The notes under the pieces: generated by a model
The model's database searches: none
Seen by the model: only the letters and a program-made list of their open reading frames with translations
Told to the model about the DNA's origin: nothing
Shown: positions 62,588 through 64,000 of the stretch, piece by piece
Position numbering within the stretch: position 1 is the stretch's first letter
Layout: the number at the start of each line of letters is the position of its first letter
Made by a program: the position numbers and the translations under genes
From: Phaeosaccion multiseriatum
Lineage: Eukaryota; Protista; Ochrophyta, other classes
NCBI GenBank assembly: GCA_965112735.1
Contig: OZ218952.1
Span: 4,526,001 to 4,590,000 of the forward strand
Direction: 5' to 3'
DNA: 64,000 nt

Positions 62588-62963
62588 CGACGGGGAGGAC
62601 GTGCCGCCCCATGTGGCCCTGGACCTGTCCATGTCTGCTGTGGAGGGCATGACTGCAGAGGTTGAGTTTGGGGCCGATCGGGTGGGGCAGGAGGGCGGGG
62701 AGGGGGGTACGACGAGCTTGGTGAAGGAGGAGTGGAACAAGCAGACGGTCAAGGTGCTACAGTTGGTGCAGGAGAAGCTCAAGGAGAAGGAGGAGGTGAG
62801 CCTCTTGCACATGACCAAGGGCTCCAATCGCCGCACCGCCGCAGCTTGCTTCTTTCAGCTGCTGCAGCTCAAGACCAAGGACTTTGTGGAGCTGCGGCAG
62901 GCGGGGCCTTTTAAGGACATTAGTATCCTGCCCGCGGTACGTCTTCAGGAGAATGTACAGTAG
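60612..62963 (+). CDS. RAD21: Cohesin kleisin subunit RAD21/SCC1
   Basis: Single ORF. N-terminal [38 protein letters not shown]; C-terminal winged helix [23 protein letters not shown]. Confidence 0.96.
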
Positions 62964-63236
62964 AGAGGATGTGAAGAAGAAGCTATACCGACCACTCACA
63001 TCCTTGTCTCGACTGGGGCTCGGTTTGAGTTGAGCAGGAGGGAGATCGATCATCTCCTGAAGCACCAGCGCTCCTGAGATCCACGATGGCACAGCGAGAG
63101 CACTCTTGGGCGTACGTATGTGTTTGACCCAGCTGTGATGAAATTGAAGCACCAACGTCACCACCACAGTGGGGCAGAATATAGGTCCTAATTTCATCAT
63201 CTCTTTTTTCCTCCCCTTCTCTCACTGCACAACTCA

Positions 63237-63719
63237 ATGCGATCACAAAGAGGGCTTGCTACTGCTGCTGCTGCTGCTGCGGGTCTCAGTGTCGTCAAGA
63301 TCTCGGCGCTGCTGGTGGGTACTGGGAGTTTCCCAGTTGTCGGCGGCACATCCACCCCGCCCCCTGTGAGCAGCAGCCAACACAAGCCGCACCACACCGC
63401 CAGCAGCGCCATCAGTAGCGGTACTACAACATCAAGCCGAAGAAGGCGGCGTCGTGCCCTCGGCCAGTCCGCTGTAGACGGAGAAGGAGAGGTATCCGAA
63501 ATGCCGGACATGGAAGAGGACCGTCAAGGAGGAGAAGGGGATGATGCATTACCGAGACCGAAGGCTGCGGCCATCAAGTGGATGAGTTTTGACTTGGACG
63601 ACACTGTTTGGTCGACGATGGCAGTCATCAATCAGGCCAACGCGGCCTTGGATGATCATTTGCAGGTAGCACACCCAGAAGTCCACGCAAATGCCGACAT
63701 TGGGAAGCTAATGAAGGAG
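63237..63719 (+). CDS. HAD-superfamily hydrolase, first exon (organelle-targeting presequence); continues beyond the window
   Basis: Hydrophobic N-terminus, Ser/Arg-rich leader, HAD motif I MSFDLDDTVW, donor GAG|GTGAG near 63719. Confidence 0.75.
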
Positions 63720-64000
63720 GTGAGATGGAGGGGCCCAGTCTATCTGATCTAAGTGGGCCTTGCCTGTGGCACAGTTTAATGGTGGGTCTTCTGCAGCTGG
63801 GTGGGCACTGCTTCACAGCACGCTCCCCGAAGCATTTGCACCTCACCTTCTGCCCCTCTGCTGCTTGCGGGTGGTGTGGTATCTCCTCGGCCCTCTCTAC
63901 GCCTCCCCTCCCCCGTCCCTCCTCTCTCCTCCTCCGTGATACGTATCTCCCTCAGGTGCATGCTGAGCAGCGGGCTAGCAACCCAGAGCTAGGACCCGCA

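Noticed and set aside
60633-62612. Long antisense ORF (659 aa) opposite RAD21, and similar antisense ORFs over the CW gene
   Set aside because: Shadow ORFs expected from GC-rich, low-complexity codon usage; no independent motifs.

Overview
Gene-dense, GC-rich, intron-containing eukaryotic DNA, most likely from a flagellated photosynthetic stramenopile (ochrophyte). This is inferred from GT-AG introns, signal peptide + 'A/G-F' bipartite plastid presequences, and ciliary genes (TTLL, AK7-like, TMEM216). About 16 protein genes can be spliced by eye: TTL-family ligase, LRR/Cys-rich multi-TM receptor, Tudor + 3x CW-finger chromatin protein, CCA-adding enzyme, MAPKK, RUVBL1, AI-2E transporter, C365.16-like membrane protein, P-loop-less AK7-like protein, TatD, two plastid-targeted proteins, a Patched/Dispatched-family transporter, TMEM216, a DHHC palmitoyltransferase, RAD21 and a partial HAD hydrolase. 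The 39.8-54.8 kb region is the unusual part. It holds a set of small non-autonomous TIR elements with one shared grammar (TCG[G/A]C termini, mostly 6-bp TSD, a family-specific 7-mer at TIR position 14-20 repeated internally as doublets around a GC-rich spacer). It also holds a TG...CA element with a 92-bp perfect palindrome, a ~1.6 kb segmental duplication of the Dispatched-like 3' end, an apparent in-frame insertion of a foreign KOW-like fragment, and (at 39.15 kb) an orphan C-terminal exon of UDP-galactopyranose mutase. Exon boundaries were read manually and are approximate; no database searches were run.
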